Shown in pieces: positions 36,563 to 48,765 of a DNA stretch of 64,000 nt. Below the pieces are notes generated by a model. It did not search any database. It was given only the letters and a program-made list of their open reading frames with translations, and had not been told where the DNA came from. The translations under genes and the position numbers were made by a program. Where the stretch lies: positions 283,131-347,130 of the forward strand of contig NW_005434642.1 in the NCBI RefSeq assembly GCF_000315625.1, in the 5' to 3' direction. Source of the DNA: Guillardia theta CCMP2712 (lineage: Eukaryota > Protista > Cryptophyta). Within the stretch, counting starts at the first letter, position 1, and every line of letters begins with the position of its first letter.

Positions 36563-38934
36563 ATGAAGTCGCTTCTTGCCTTGAAACGAAAGCAAAAGAA
36601 GCAGCGACAGAAGGAGAGAAGAAGGCAGGAAGAGAATGGCAAGAGCGACCCTGTGGATGACAACGAGGAGGCCTCGGAGGGAGAGGAGTCGATAGGATCC
36701 GACAACATCCAAGAGCTCCCAGCATCTCGAGCATCGCGGCTGAATGAGTTGGGGTTTGATGAAGAGGAGCTCGGTTTCAACACGCTGGAGTATGAGACGG
36801 CTCTCAAGGTCATCGACCGTCTGGCTCAGAATGTCCCTCACTTCCGCTCCGCCGCTTTCAAGCAGCTCCGCAGCGCCATGCACCCTCTCGTAGAGGATCA
36901 GATGAAGAAGTATGGAGTGAAGGGCAGCCTGAAGCGGAAGAGGAAGGACGTCGCGGAGCTCCAGTCTCTCAAGGAGCAGGACAAGGAGTGGATCAACAAG
37001 GCTGCTCTGCGAGCCAAGAGGCTGGCAGCGCTGGAGGAGCTGAACAATGCCGCGCCGGCGCTGACGAACGGGTCCGCTCCTTTGCTGCTGACGCACATGG
37101 GGGAAGTGCAGGAGATGGCGGCTCAGGTCCGGCTGCACCGGGTAGCCGACGGCACCGTCGAGTTGAACGAGGAGGAAGAGCAGAGCTCGATGATGGAGGA
37201 TGCTCGTCGGCTGAACATCCCCATCCAGTGCTACATCTGCAAGAGACCATTTGTCGACCTCCACTTCTTCTACGATCAGCTCTGCCCGAGCTGCGCCAGC
37301 CTCAACTATCGCAAGAGGAACGAGCTGGTGGAGATGGACGGGAAGGTAGCTCTTGTGACAGGAGCGAGGGTCAAGATCGGATTCCGTAAGCTCGTCTCCT
37401 GTGGTATTGATCGCATTCCTGACGACTTCCTTGTCTTGCTGTGCAGGCTGTGCCCTGAAGCTGCTAAGGTGTGGTTGCACCGTGGTAGCAACGAGCAGGT
37501 TTGCAGCTGATTGCGCACGAAGATACGCGCAGGAGAAAGGTGCGACAGATCAAGTCGTGTGTACAAGTAGAGCTGATGACGACCCCAGACTTTGACAAGT
37601 GGAAAGACCGACTTCACTGCGTGGGTATCGACTTTCGTGACCTTGCCTCGGTGAGTTGCTGTTGCAAGAACTTCTCTTGATTGTGTCGCTGACTATATGG
37701 ACAGGTCGAGCAATTCTGCTGTCACATGAAGGAGAAGTTTTCAAGGCTCGACATCCTGATCAACAACGCTTGTCAGACTATCCGACGCCCTGCGCAGTAC
37801 TACCGCCATCTCCTACAGAACGAGCGCAAGGATGTCAAGGAGCAGGAGCCAGCGGTTCAGAAGTTGCTGCAGATGCACGAAACGATGAACTCTACAAGGC
37901 AGGGGATGTTGCTGGAGGCGAAGGAGACCCTGCCGGGCATCAAGATAGAGCAAGTGGACGAGGACGAGGAGGTCGAGGAGGATGTTGGCAGAGTGAAACC
38001 TGTTGCAAGCTCAGCGGATGTTGGACCGAAGGAGGAGGTGGTAGGGAGCTCGTGCAAGCTGAGTGAGGCCTCCAACACAACCGTGACTTCCAAGATGCCG
38101 TCGAGGAGTACAGCAGCGGAGATGTCTCAACTTGTGGTGACGGAGGAGGACCTGAATGAGGACCCGCACGCGTTCCCCAAGAATGAGAGCGGGGCTAGCG
38201 TGCTGGACATCAACCAGCAGCAGCTGGACCTGCGAAGGAAGAACTCTTGGATGCTGCGACTGGAAGAGGTGAACCCTTGATCTGCTCCGCTTGTCGTGCG
38301 ATGCTCTTGCTGCTGTTGCTCGGCTGTTTGCCCGATGATGAAGATCCTTTCCGTGAGTGCTTCAAGGACGAATTTGTGATCCTCCTACTCTCTCAGGGCA
38401 AACTCTCCCCCTCTTGACTTCCTCCCTCCCTCGGCCCTCATCAGCTCCTGACCCCCCTGGCAGGTTTCCACCGGGGAGATGGCAGAGGTCATGGCGATCA
38501 ACGCCATTGCGCCTGCGATTCTCAACGCGCGGCTCAAGTCTCTCATGGAGGCGTCGCCGGATCGGCCAAGGTTCATCGTCAACGTGAGCGCCATGGAGGG
38601 GAAGTTCTACCGGTACAAGTCAGACCAGCACCCGCACACCAACATGGCGAAGGCAGCGCTAAACATGATGACAAGGACATCGGCGCAGGACTACGTCAAG
38701 TCGGAGATCTACATGACGGCGGTGGACACGGGATGGATCAACGACGAGAAGCCGATGGAGATCGCGGCGAAACATGGCGAGAGGCACAACTTCCAGACAC
38801 CCTTGGACGAGGTCGACGCGGCTGCGCGCGTGCTGGATCCTGTCATCGCGCCTCTGATCGAACTGAGGGAAAAGAAGGAAGTGAATATTCCCCATGGGGT
38901 TTTCCTCAAGGATTTCTTCAAGTGCGAGTGGTAG
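36563..38934 (+). CDS. Short-chain dehydrogenase/reductase with N-terminal CxxC...CxxC zinc-finger-like motif, multi-exon
   Basis: CYICKRPFVDLHFFYDQLCPSC, ALVTGARVKIG, LDILINNACQT, IVNVSAMEG, HPHTNMAKAALNM, AVDTGW. Confidence 0.92.
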
Positions 38935-39173
38935 TTGTCGTCTGGTGAGCTTGAAGATTGTATGATAGCCAGAACTATTCTTTTATTCTTTGAATGAAGT
39001 TACAAACGATGAAAACTTGATGTAATGTCTTAAGAAAGGTGGCATCTTTGCGGGAAATGCTCTCAGTGAAAATCTCAGCGATCAAACAGTTGGCGGGACA
39101 AGAAAAGCATGAAAAGAACGCAAACAAGTCCGTATGATGTAACGTCTGTTCCGAGAAACAAGCAACAGCTGGT

Positions 39174-40832
39174 TTACAAAGCTGTTCCTCTCTCGAGATT
39201 CTCTTTGATGACCTGGCAGCACGAGCTCAGCTGGGAAAGTCAACAAGCAAACCGCCACCTTGGTGTAGTCGCCGAAGGCTCTGTCGATCTTCTTGTTGAA
39301 GTGCTTGTTGCGATCGTTGATGTAATCGACATCTTGAACACAAGACATCTCAGAAGAGAAAGAGGAAGCATCGCAGAACGAGAGAGAGGTGGAAGAAAGG
39401 GCCGGAGGCAAAGAGGAAGGGTGGGGGGAAAGGGAGGGATTGAAAAACAAGAGGTAGACTGAAGGAGCGTGCTCGATGGGTCGTTAGTTGCATCTCCTCA
39501 CCTGCTTCGAACACTTCGGGCCTGCGACGAGAGAATTTGTTCCTCCTCTCCGCAGCATCCAGCAGATCCTCCACCATCGCTTCCACCTACATGACGACAA
39601 ATTGAGCTTACCAGGTAAGCACAACCCAGCAGCCGACCTTCTCAGTAGGTGGCTGATAACCAGCTCCACCGTAAGAAAGTGAGTTGGCATCGCGGAAGAA
39701 GTCCCTGACTCGTCTTGTCAGCAACCCGCGCGTGCACGTGCCAACAACTCTCACTTGTCGTTGGCCTTGGCGGCCTCGTAGCTCTCAATGTCAGGCTGGA
39801 GCTGCTCCGCATCCCATCAGCAAGGAGAAGGGGCAAGGACACAGAGACCTTCTTGATCCGCTTCTTGTGGGCCTTGTAGAGCGTGTCTTGGTTGAACACG
39901 TCCCATCCAAACGCAGCCTTGCCTGCATCCACAGCTAGTAAGACAACCAAGCATCCTTGAAATTGCTGATAGCAGATGACGGGGATGGTGCTCAGATCAC
40001 CTTTCTCTTTCTTTTCCTTCTTCTTTTCCATGGACTCAGCTTGCTCCAGAGTGACCAGTCTACGAGAAGGGGATCGATCAGCCCGAGCGAGAAACACCCA
40101 TGAGCATCACAGTCTCTTGTCCACTTCTTGGCTATCGTCATCGGCCTCAGCAGCTTCCCTGCAGCAGATTCACAAAGAGAATCAAGGGTATCGCTGCTAA
40201 CTGAACACTCACTTCTTCCGTTTCTCAGCTCGCGCCTCCGACAACTCCTTCTGTCGCTTCGCCTCGCCAGCAGGATCTGTCGCCCGCCGCTTCTCCGCCG
40301 CTACCTCCATGTGGTTCAGCTTTCGGCCTTCGTTCTGAACATCCCGGTCAGTGATTCAATCTTGTAGGCATTCAAACGGCATCGCAATGCTTCCACAGAT
40401 GATAGAGTCTCATTCACAGCTATCCACTTCCTAGGTTTCCTCTGGCCTTCTTGTAACTTCGGGGCAAATTCTCACTCATACCAGATCTGCTGTTTGGCTG
40501 CATTTGATAAAATACTCGCAAGGCTTGCATGGGGTGACTTCTGCACAATCTCACTCGATACATCACCCCATCAATATACATATCGTGATTGCATACACCA
40601 ACTTCATTAACTCATCTTCAACTACCATGAACTCTCGCCAAGTCAACCTGGCATTCAACCCTCAATGTTCTGCTCAGTCACCACTCTGTCTACATTGCCT
40701 CTTGTTGATCTTCTCCCAGTTCGTCATTCTCCTCCTCCTCCTCCTCTTCCTCTCACTTACCATCCTCATCCTCAGTTCGAAGAGCTTCCGCTGCTTCTCC
40801 GTCATCCCAGCTATAGCTCCAGCCTCCGCCAT
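39174..40832 (-). CDS. SYF2: Pre-mRNA splicing factor SYF2, multi-exon
   Basis: KQRKLFELRMRM|NEGRKLNHMEV, AAFGWDVFNQDTLYKAHKKR, RNKFSRRR, DVDYINDRNKHFNKKIDRAFG, IKENLERGTAL*. Confidence 0.93.
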
Positions 40833-40844
40833 CGTCCCTGCCCG

Positions 40845-41005
40845 CTACTGGTACCCCTACCCCTTCTGCTATACTACCCCCAAGGATTTTTCATTGAAAC
40901 CCTGCAAATGACCTTATTCACCAGTACTTTTGACAATTTAAGTACCGGTAGTAGAGTACGCCATCCAGCAATGACCCTGAGAGGACTACCCCCTACCCTA
41001 CATCA
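40845..41005. promoter_or_regulatory. TACCCC island between SYF2 and ALG8
   Basis: GGTACCCCTACCCC, TACTACCCCC and TACCCCCTACCCTAC between divergent start codons. Confidence 0.6.
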
Positions 41006-41156
41006 GAAGTTGGTGCGGTATGAGGGGATTGCGGATTTCCATGGCAGCAGGACGAAACCTGTGTCGACACTGAGGACTGGTGGAGCAGGAGCAGGAGCTG
41101 GAGCTGGAGAGTCCAGAGGAGGAGAACCTGTACCAGGAGCAAAGGAAGATCGCCAC

Positions 41157-43741
41157 ATGGAGCATCCTAGAAGTGCCGAATCTGGGAGGAGCATGGTCCA
41201 GGTTGTTCTTATCTGGGTGTCCGCCATGGTGAGATGCTTGTGGCAAAGAGAGATTGTCTGAGATGTCTTGACTTCACCTTGTCCAAACCCTCTAGATAGT
41301 GAAATCGTTGGCCTTCTGGTCATACCGATCAACTGACTTCGAAGTCCATCGAAACTGGTTCGCCATTCCGATGTGTGTAGTCGTGTGATTGGTTGTCAGG
41401 CTTGCAATCACGTCCTCATTGCCCATATCCAAATGGTATTTCGAAGACACTTCAGAGTGGACCCTTGACTATCCTCCACTCTTCGGGTGGTTTGAGAAGG
41501 TATGCTCCTACTGCAAGTCTGAACTCACCGCTGATCTCAGCATGTACATGTAGTTCCTCTCTCTGTTTGCCGTTCATGCTGACGCCAAGATGCTCGACAT
41601 CAAGTCATTGAATTATGATTCCGATAGAACAATCTTCTTTCAGCGATCCACGGTTTCAATCTCTGTGATCTGATCATTGCCTTGACTTCTCACAGGTCTT
41701 GCTGACTGAGATACTACTTCTATTGGCAGTCCTTCACTACGTCGGGAGTTTTCCTTACACCTCGCGTTTTGCATCTTCTAGGAATGCTTTCGCTCTTGAT
41801 GCGAACCAGGCTAGCCTGTCCATTGTGATTCTCGCTGCTGTGAACGCGGGCCTCTTTATCACGGATCATGTACATTTTCAATACAACGGGATGCTATTGG
41901 TACCTTACTCAAGTGCTCCTGTTGGGTCGTCTGATTGTCTAACCAGGGGTTGCTGTTGTTGTCGATCTCTTGCATTAGTAATGGGCAGGATCTGTTGGGG
42001 TCGTTTCTCTTTGCCGTGCTCGTGAACATGTGATCCACGGCGGGGACTTCGAGTTGTAGTGTAACCATGTGCGCAGGAAACATTTATACCTCTCCCTTGC
42101 TCCCGCGTACTTTGTGTACTTGTTACGACACCACTGCATTTCGCCACATCCGCGGTAATCGTCTCACAAACTCAGTCCAAGTGTCAACCTTCTGCAGGTG
42201 TTGGAGGACTGGGTCAAACGTCTCGTCCGTGATGATGAGGTTTGCAACTTTAGGAGTGGTTGTCCTCTCTGTTTTCGGGGTCTCTCTGGTACCGTTTTAC
42301 GTCGCTGGAGGCCTGCCATGCTTGAAGCAGGTCTTCGCTTCTACTGCTGCTGGTGTCTGTTGCTCATCATCGTGTTATCAAGATCTTCCAACGATTGTTT
42401 CCCTTTGGCCGTGGTCTTTGCCATGCATATTGGGCTCCGAACGGTAATCTTTGTTCTGTGCATATTTTCTCATTGAGCAACATTCTATTTCTAGTTTGGG
42501 TCGCGTACAATCTGGTTGACAAGGCCCTTCTCAAAGTCCTTGGAACAAGAGGAAACAATGTCGTTTCTCAAGGCTCAATGACAGGTAAGACAGGACATAC
42601 CTTTGAGCTCAGGCTCAAGAGAATTTCTTCTGTTCCAGGTGGACTGGTAGGCGATCAGCTGCATGTTTGGCTTCCGACCGTGACCCCAGGCTTGACGGTA
42701 AGGGCTGTGTCTTCCCACCCCTGCATATTCACAGCACTGCGCGCACTTGCAGATCTTACTGTCCTTGTTGGCCATGGCTCCTGGTTCGAACTTCCCTCAA
42801 TGGAATTTACTTGCCTGACTTCAGTTCCCTTGAGCAGCTCTGGTCATGGTATGGTCAGCGTCAAGGGGGCCACGGAGTCGCCTGGAATTCATTCACCTTA
42901 TTGCTTACTGCTCCCTGGCTTCATTCCTCTTTGGGTTTGTGGATCGTTTTATCCTTGTATGCGACTGAAGTGCTGTTCGCTAAAGGTATCATGTACACGA
43001 GAAGGCTGTGTTGAACGCAACGTTGCCGATGCTCCTGCTTGCTCCATTGTCTCAGAAACATGCGGAGTAGCTCATATCCTGTCACCTGACCACCCTGATC
43101 ATGCACTCTCGCAGGGCTTATCTCTTCCTGTGCAATGTCGGGCATACCCAGCTCCTGCCTCTCCTCTTTCGACAGGAGGAATGGGTAACAGGAACCTTTG
43201 AAGCGTCTCCATGAGTCCTCTGAACGTGTGCAGGCTCTGCGTATGCTCGTCTGCCTCCTCCATCTTTCCTTGTCTGGCTCATTGCTGCCCATCGGTCGTG
43301 TAGAACCTTCACGATCTTTCTATGACATTCTTGTCAGGAAAGGCAACCGGTAGTTCTCTCACGCGGGCTGTGTCTTTCCTCTATCAGGTACCTTGTGGCT
43401 TAGGAGTCAGCTGGACGTCTGCTGGTGCATCCTGACTTCAGGACCTCAGGTTGGGTTGTATGTCTTGCCAGAAGTCCTCGAGATCCTTCAACCTTTGGTA
43501 GGGGCGACAAGGCCAACACTCGACATGCTCAAACAGCGGTGACATGCTTACAGATTCTGCCACATCTGCCTTTCCTTCCTCTCCTGTTCCGTTCCACCTA
43601 TTGGTGATTGCCTTGCTTGCTGCCGCTGTGATGGCTTGCTGGCTCACCTTTACCGTTCAGCTTGCCTGGCATCTTGATATCCTCGTATTCCATCCTCATG
43701 CTCCTTCGAGACGAAACTCGCTCTTCTCAACGTCGTTGTGA
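41157..43741 (+). CDS. ALG8: Dolichyl-P-Glc alpha-1,3-glucosyltransferase ALG8, multi-exon
   Basis: [74 protein letters not shown]. Confidence 0.93.
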
Positions 43742-43769
43742 TTGAACTTACTGCCTTGAAAATGAAAAA

Positions 43770-44200
43770 ACGCACGGTACACCGTGGCACTGCCGGAGTC
43801 TACTAGTTGAACTTCTGAGCCTCCGCGGGGGCGCGCCCGTCACGGCGGTCCGACTCAGCGGGGGCGGGCCAGTGAGCAGCGCCGTGGCACCGTACGGTTG
43901 TCACACCGAGTCAGAGAGGCCCCCGCGGGGGCCCCGGGCCCAGCCTGTTTCTTTTGAGGCTAAGTCAGTGCCATTTGCGTAAGGCTCAGTGACACGGACG
44001 GTCAAAAATTTCAGAGTTACCGGCGGACCGTGCTGTGCCATCCGAGTCACTGATCAACGGTTGAATCGGATACTAGGATCAGTGACTCACCGTCCGATCA
44101 CCGGCCGGGGCCGGCGTGATCCGAGTCCCGGCCGGGCGCGGCGGCGGCCGGGCAGGCCGGGCGGCGGTGTAACGAATTGTGATAACCCCTGTAACGGTGC
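43770..44200. other. CpG-rich scrambled-word island
   Basis: CACCGTGGCAC, ACCGTACGGT, CCCCCGCGGGGG, GAGTCAC and AGTTGAACTT words. Confidence 0.65.
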
Positions 44201-44219
44201 AGCCTGCCCCTTCAGGAGC

Positions 44220-44750
44220 ATGTTGATGGTTCGAGGACAAATGGCGATGGTGGGGAGCGCGATGCTCCTCACGGCCATGGCATGCACTCTTGGACTCATA
44301 CTCTTTGCCCAGAATGTTTCGCACAAGGTGAAGCTTCTCGGATACGATCCCTACAGACCAGTTCAGAGGGGAAGGTCGTTTTCTCGGGAGAGGTCAGGAG
44401 GAGCTAGGGATGCGTACAAGCTGGACAATGAAGAGAGAACTCGGTTGCCATCGTGGGCTACAGAGTGGGCAGAAGAGCCTGAGAACAGCTGCCCTCCTGG
44501 CGCACAGTGCGGAAGAGGGAAGGTCTTTAATCCTGTTGGACAACTCGGGAGATGGGTCATGATTAAGACGTCCCCACACTACAACACTAAGGTGGACGAT
44601 TACAGCAGGTATAACTGTGAGGGGATGCCAGGTTGGGCGCTTGAAGAGTGCCACCGTGTCCGACAACATGAGGCACTGCTAAGGAAGATGGACGAAGGGG
44701 CCCAAGTTCAGGAAGCACCTGTTGAAGAAGCAGAGGAGAGCTCGGATTGA
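44220..44750 (+). CDS. Hypothetical secreted or membrane-anchored protein, intronless
   Basis: Open frame with a hydrophobic N-terminal segment (VGSAMLLTAMACTLGLILFAQ), two Cys pairs and an acidic tail. Confidence 0.65.
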   Translation: MLMVRGQMAMVGSAMLLTAMACTLGLILFAQNVSHKVKLLGYDPYRPVQRGRSFSRERSGGARDAYKLDNEERTRLPSWATEWAEEPENSCPPGAQCGRGKVFNPVGQLGRWVMIKTSPHYNTKVDDYSRYNCEGMPGWALEECHRVRQHEALLRKMDEGAQVQEAPVEEAEESSD

Positions 44751-45069
44751 ATTGGAAGTCTCAGGGAACGGGCAGATGGATGGAGGAGTCGTCTGTGAGG
44801 GAAGGGACATGCTTGCTGATCCTTTCTAGAAAGGAACAGATCATTGAGATTGAATGCTGGCATCGTAGGCTTGTTCTAGTGTACCAGGAAGTTGAAGATA
44901 GAACGGTAGGAGAAGGAGTTGGCGTATCAATTAGATATATACAAGATATGCTGATACATAATTTTCTCTTCACTTAGATTTCTGTCGCACTGTCTCCAGA
45001 ATTTTCGAGAATCTTATACAATTCTTCCTTCAACGTACCACAGCTGCATCAATCTCCAGTAAATAGAAG

Positions 45070-46515
45070 CTAGGGCATCAAGCTTTCAGCGCACCTTCCG
45101 TTGAAACATATTCCAAACCATCCACAGGACTTTGCACTCTCCACATTGCTCTTGCTGTCGTCCACGAGAATGCACTGCACAGAGGTACCTTGAACTGAGA
45201 ATCGCGATAACAGAAATCGTCACCTGTCCTGCGTCTAGGTTCAGTTTGCGTTGAGCCATGAGGTACGCTTCTTTGTCTGGTTTCCTTAGTCCTGTTTCTG
45301 CAGACACAAAAGACCACTAGGAGAGGTGTGAGCGAATTTGGAATACATTTGTGATTGAGTGACCGGCAATATCGTCGAAAGCGAAAGTTTTGATTCAATC
45401 TGGTTGAACCAGATTGGATAATTGGAGATGATATCTGTAATTGAACAATTACTTGATGACAATTTTCGTATGCGCTTGGCAACATACGCATTTCGTATCC
45501 CTGAGAATCTGAAATCAAATAGAGCAAGTAGTGCAAGCGAAATTCACCTTTTGCTTTAGTTCTATAAGGAGCTCCTTCATTCCTGGCAACCATTCATATC
45601 TGATGGGAATCACATCATTCTATCATGTCATCACTCATGTTCCTTTCGAAAATCCTCACTTTGAAGCAATCATGTTGACCATTCCCTGTCCATCGAATTT
45701 TCTACGATCCAGAAAGAATCCGTCCAGGAGATCTTGCTGCGACCAAACTAAGCTGAAAGACATCTTTCTTTTCGCATACACTTACTTCTGTACAAAGACC
45801 CTTTTCAAATTTCTCCCTGCCAGGGAATTTTCTTCAGCTCTTCGAGGTGGAGATGCAAAAACAGTGTTACCAAATTGCAGAATCCTTTGTCTTGTACAGC
45901 TCTTCCAACGTCATGCCCAAGAACGCAGGCACCTCAATGAAGAAAGGATCGTACACCAGAGTACTCATCACATCCCAAAAAATAACTTTCCGACTCTGAG
46001 TTTGCGATGGTCTTCCATCCTTCAATGCACACATGACCCGTTGTGAGCGATGTTGCACAGGCCAAACTGACGGTCTCTGCTTGACTACTGTCTGTGCAAC
46101 CCGGTCGTGATTCCTGGCCTTTTGTGCGATGCTGAAAGTCTGAAAGCTAGCGAAACCTGCGTGTTTGATTTAGCATGGATCGAAGTATCGCCCCTCCGCA
46201 TCTACCCCCTGGTTCTATTGCATACCTGCAATAGGAGTGTGTCGCTGGGCACAATCTATGTAGCTTGCAGTGAAAGCATACAGGATCCAACTACGCAAGG
46301 GAAGGGACCACCAATTCTGTTGTTTCAAGCAAGTACAATCAGAAGTCGAGCAATTCAAAGGAAAATCGTAAACACAAATTCAGCCTATGCCGACTTGCCG
46401 GCAAGCGACACCACTGACAATAGGCTCTTCGCACTGATCTACTTGCTGCAGTTTCTCTGCTCATCGTCTGCTCCTGATCATATTCACCTCGCATTCCGCT
46501 CTCTGCTCGCCTCAT
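45070..46515 (-). CDS. HAD-superfamily hydrolase similar to plant FMN hydrolase FHY1, with an N-terminal extension; multi-exon, ends approximate
   Basis: VIFWDVMSTLVYDPFFIEVPAFLGMTLEEL, YEWLPGMKELL, GLRKPDKEAY, CILVDDSKSNVESA. Confidence 0.85.
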
Positions 46516-46574
46516 GCTCTGTCCCACTATCATCTCAACACACATTCCCTGACCTCACCATGCGACTGCCGGGA

Positions 46575-46800
46575 AAATTTACACCCTACCCCTTCATCTA
46601 GTAACATGACCCCCCTTTTACCTGATCCTACCCCCCTTTGAGCCCTCTTGTATACCCCATGGATGGGATGGGTTTCAATTGTGTACTACCCCTCTTTGGA
46701 CCACACTGTACCTATCGAATTCCTGCAACCCACCCCCCTACTATTACCCACCCTCCCTCCACCCACCCCCTCACCCCACTTCGCCCTCCCACCACGTGCC
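46575..46800. promoter_or_regulatory. TACCCC island between the HAD and MAM33 genes
   Basis: Repeated TACCCC and CACCCCC words ending just before ATG 46805. Confidence 0.55.
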
Positions 46801-46804
46801 CGCA

Positions 46805-47734
46805 ATGCTGCGAGCCGTAAGAAGCGGCTTGCGCAGCATGCGCTGCGTCGCTCACGCGAGCCTCAGAGCAGGGGAAGTAAAACCATCCTCAGTCTCAGCC
46901 CTTCACCTCCACCGTGCCACGTCCCCCTTACAGTCAACTGCTCGACCCGCAGGTCAATGGTTAAACGCAATGGCTGCGCCAGGAATTCGGTGCATGAGTG
47001 CTCAGTCAACGGCTGCTGATTTTCAGAAGGTAAAGCTGGTGGTATCCGAACAGATCAATGTTCTCAAGAAGCAAGAAGAGCTGATGAACGACTTGTACAA
47101 GCCCGAGGGCTGGACACAAATCAAGATTGATGAGATTATGGAAGGGCGCGCAGAGGTCACCTCCCTTCTCAACTACGAGAAGCAAGTGGGGAATGAGGTT
47201 ATCAATGTGATCTCGTCATACGAACTCGTGCAAGAGAAAGGAGAGGAGGACGATGAGGTGGAGGACGTTGATGCGGAAGATCAGCAGAACGGATACGACC
47301 CACCTGTTGCTACGCTGTTCCTCGTAGGAATTGCAAAAGAAGGGCAGAAGCTACCTCTTTTCTTTGAGTGTGTTGGAGACAGGCATGGATTTGAAATTCT
47401 CCGTATCAACGTTGGGCTGACGTACTCGGGCTTTCTGAGTGAGGATAATGGACAAACTGCATTGTTGTATCATGCTTACATGTGGAGGAAGCACCAGCGG
47501 GATGGGAAACCGCAGAACGATCCGTTTATGGTCGACCAGGATGTGTCCCAGGGTGGAGGATCTCCTGAGTTGAGCGAACTTGATGAACGTGTTCAGAAGG
47601 CGTTTGAGGAACTCTTACCTGCTCGAGGAATCGACAGTGATTTCATCTCGACGCTCATCGACAACTTGCTGGCGCAGGGCTTCTTCAACAAGATGAAGTT
47701 CTTGCGATCAATGGATGCTTGGTTGAAGCCTTAG
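46805..47734 (+). CDS. Second MAM33/C1QBP family mitochondrial protein, intronless
   Basis: Presequence-like MLRAVRSGLRSMRC; LPLFFEC; ELSELDERVQKAFEELLPARGIDSDF...MKFLRSMDAWL. Confidence 0.82.
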   Translation: MLRAVRSGLRSMRCVAHASLRAGEVKPSSVSALHLHRATSPLQSTARPAGQWLNAMAAPGIRCMSAQSTAADFQKVKLVVSEQINVLKKQEELMNDLYKPEGWTQIKIDEIMEGRAEVTSLLNYEKQVGNEVINVISSYELVQEKGEEDDEVEDVDAEDQQNGYDPPVATLFLVGIAKEGQKLPLFFECVGDRHGFEILRINVGLTYSGFLSEDNGQTALLYHAYMWRKHQRDGKPQNDPFMVDQDVSQGGGSPELSELDERVQKAFEELLPARGIDSDFISTLIDNLLAQGFFNKMKFLRSMDAWLKP

Positions 47735-47949
47735 GAGATGGATTCGTATCGACAAGTGTAGCAGAAGACTTCAGGGAAGTCTAGGATGGTGTTGACGGAA
47801 AGTCTAGGATGAGATTGAAGTTTTGACAGCTTTGGCTGCCTGCCACTGATAGGCCTGCTCTATTCTCCCTGCCTCGTGAACGTTTTTCACATGCTTGTCA
47901 CTGCAATGATTTCTAGCTCATTCTTTATGCGCCATTACTTCATGTTCTA

Positions 47950-48500
47950 AACTCCGGGGCCGTGAAGCTGGGCCACCCGCCGGCGGCGGGGTGGGCCTCG
48001 AGGGCTCCGATTCGGAGTCTGCTCCTTACCGTACCGTCACCGCTCCGGGGCCTGCACTGACTGCCGCAGTGCCGGCCATCACTGATGCCCGATCATCATG
48101 CCGCCTGTGAGCCGGCCGCGATCGGATGCCGGCTCGGGCGGCGGGCCGCGCGGTCCGGCCCGGCGGCCCTCAGTGTCGTGGCGGCCGCCGGCCCGGCCGC
48201 GCCATTCAAGCAAGCCTTGAAGTTCACTGGCAGAGTCAGGTTGCGGCCAGTCACTGTGGGCCCCCGGCGGCGGCGGGCTCAGCCTGGCAGCGCTGCAGTG
48301 CGGACTGACCGTGACAGTGGCTGCCACTATTAGTCCAAGTCCGATCAAGTTTTAACTTGCCGCAGTGCTTTGATTTCAAGTTTCCGAAGTTCGGCTAGCC
48401 TAGTTTACAGCCCTCGAGCCCCGGAACTTCGGAAAGGCCTGGCGCCGGCCCGGCCGGGCCGGCGGGCCCGGGCCGCCGGGCCGCATAAAAAAAAGTCAGA
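47950..48500. other. CpG-rich scrambled-word island
   Basis: ACCGTACCGTCAC, CCGGCCCGG, GTCACT and TTGAAGTT words, followed by an AT-rich block at 48520-48730. Confidence 0.65.
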
Positions 48501-48765
48501 CAGTGCCCAATTGCTACTGACTCTCAAGGACTACTACGACAAACCTTTTACGAGGTTCAAGGGTTGTACTGGAATTTCTACACCATTTTAAGATTCAAAG
48601 GTAGTACTAACTCTTCAGATGGCTACAGGAGATGGTATAGAGAATGCTATATTTAGAAGAAACAATGTTTTAGTATCCCACAAAGTAATGTTTATAAATA
48701 AATTTGTTTTTTTTATATCATAGTTTTAAATGTTGAAAGCTGAAGGGCCCAACGGAGCGAAAACC

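Noticed and set aside
36542-37480. 312-aa ORF antisense to the SDR gene
   Set aside because: Antisense shadow of a GC-rich coding exon.
47950-48500. GC-rich islands as structured RNA genes or transposon ORFs
   Set aside because: No tRNA, rRNA or snRNA signature, no transposase or reverse transcriptase motifs, and no shared termini visible; the short ORFs there are compositional artefacts.
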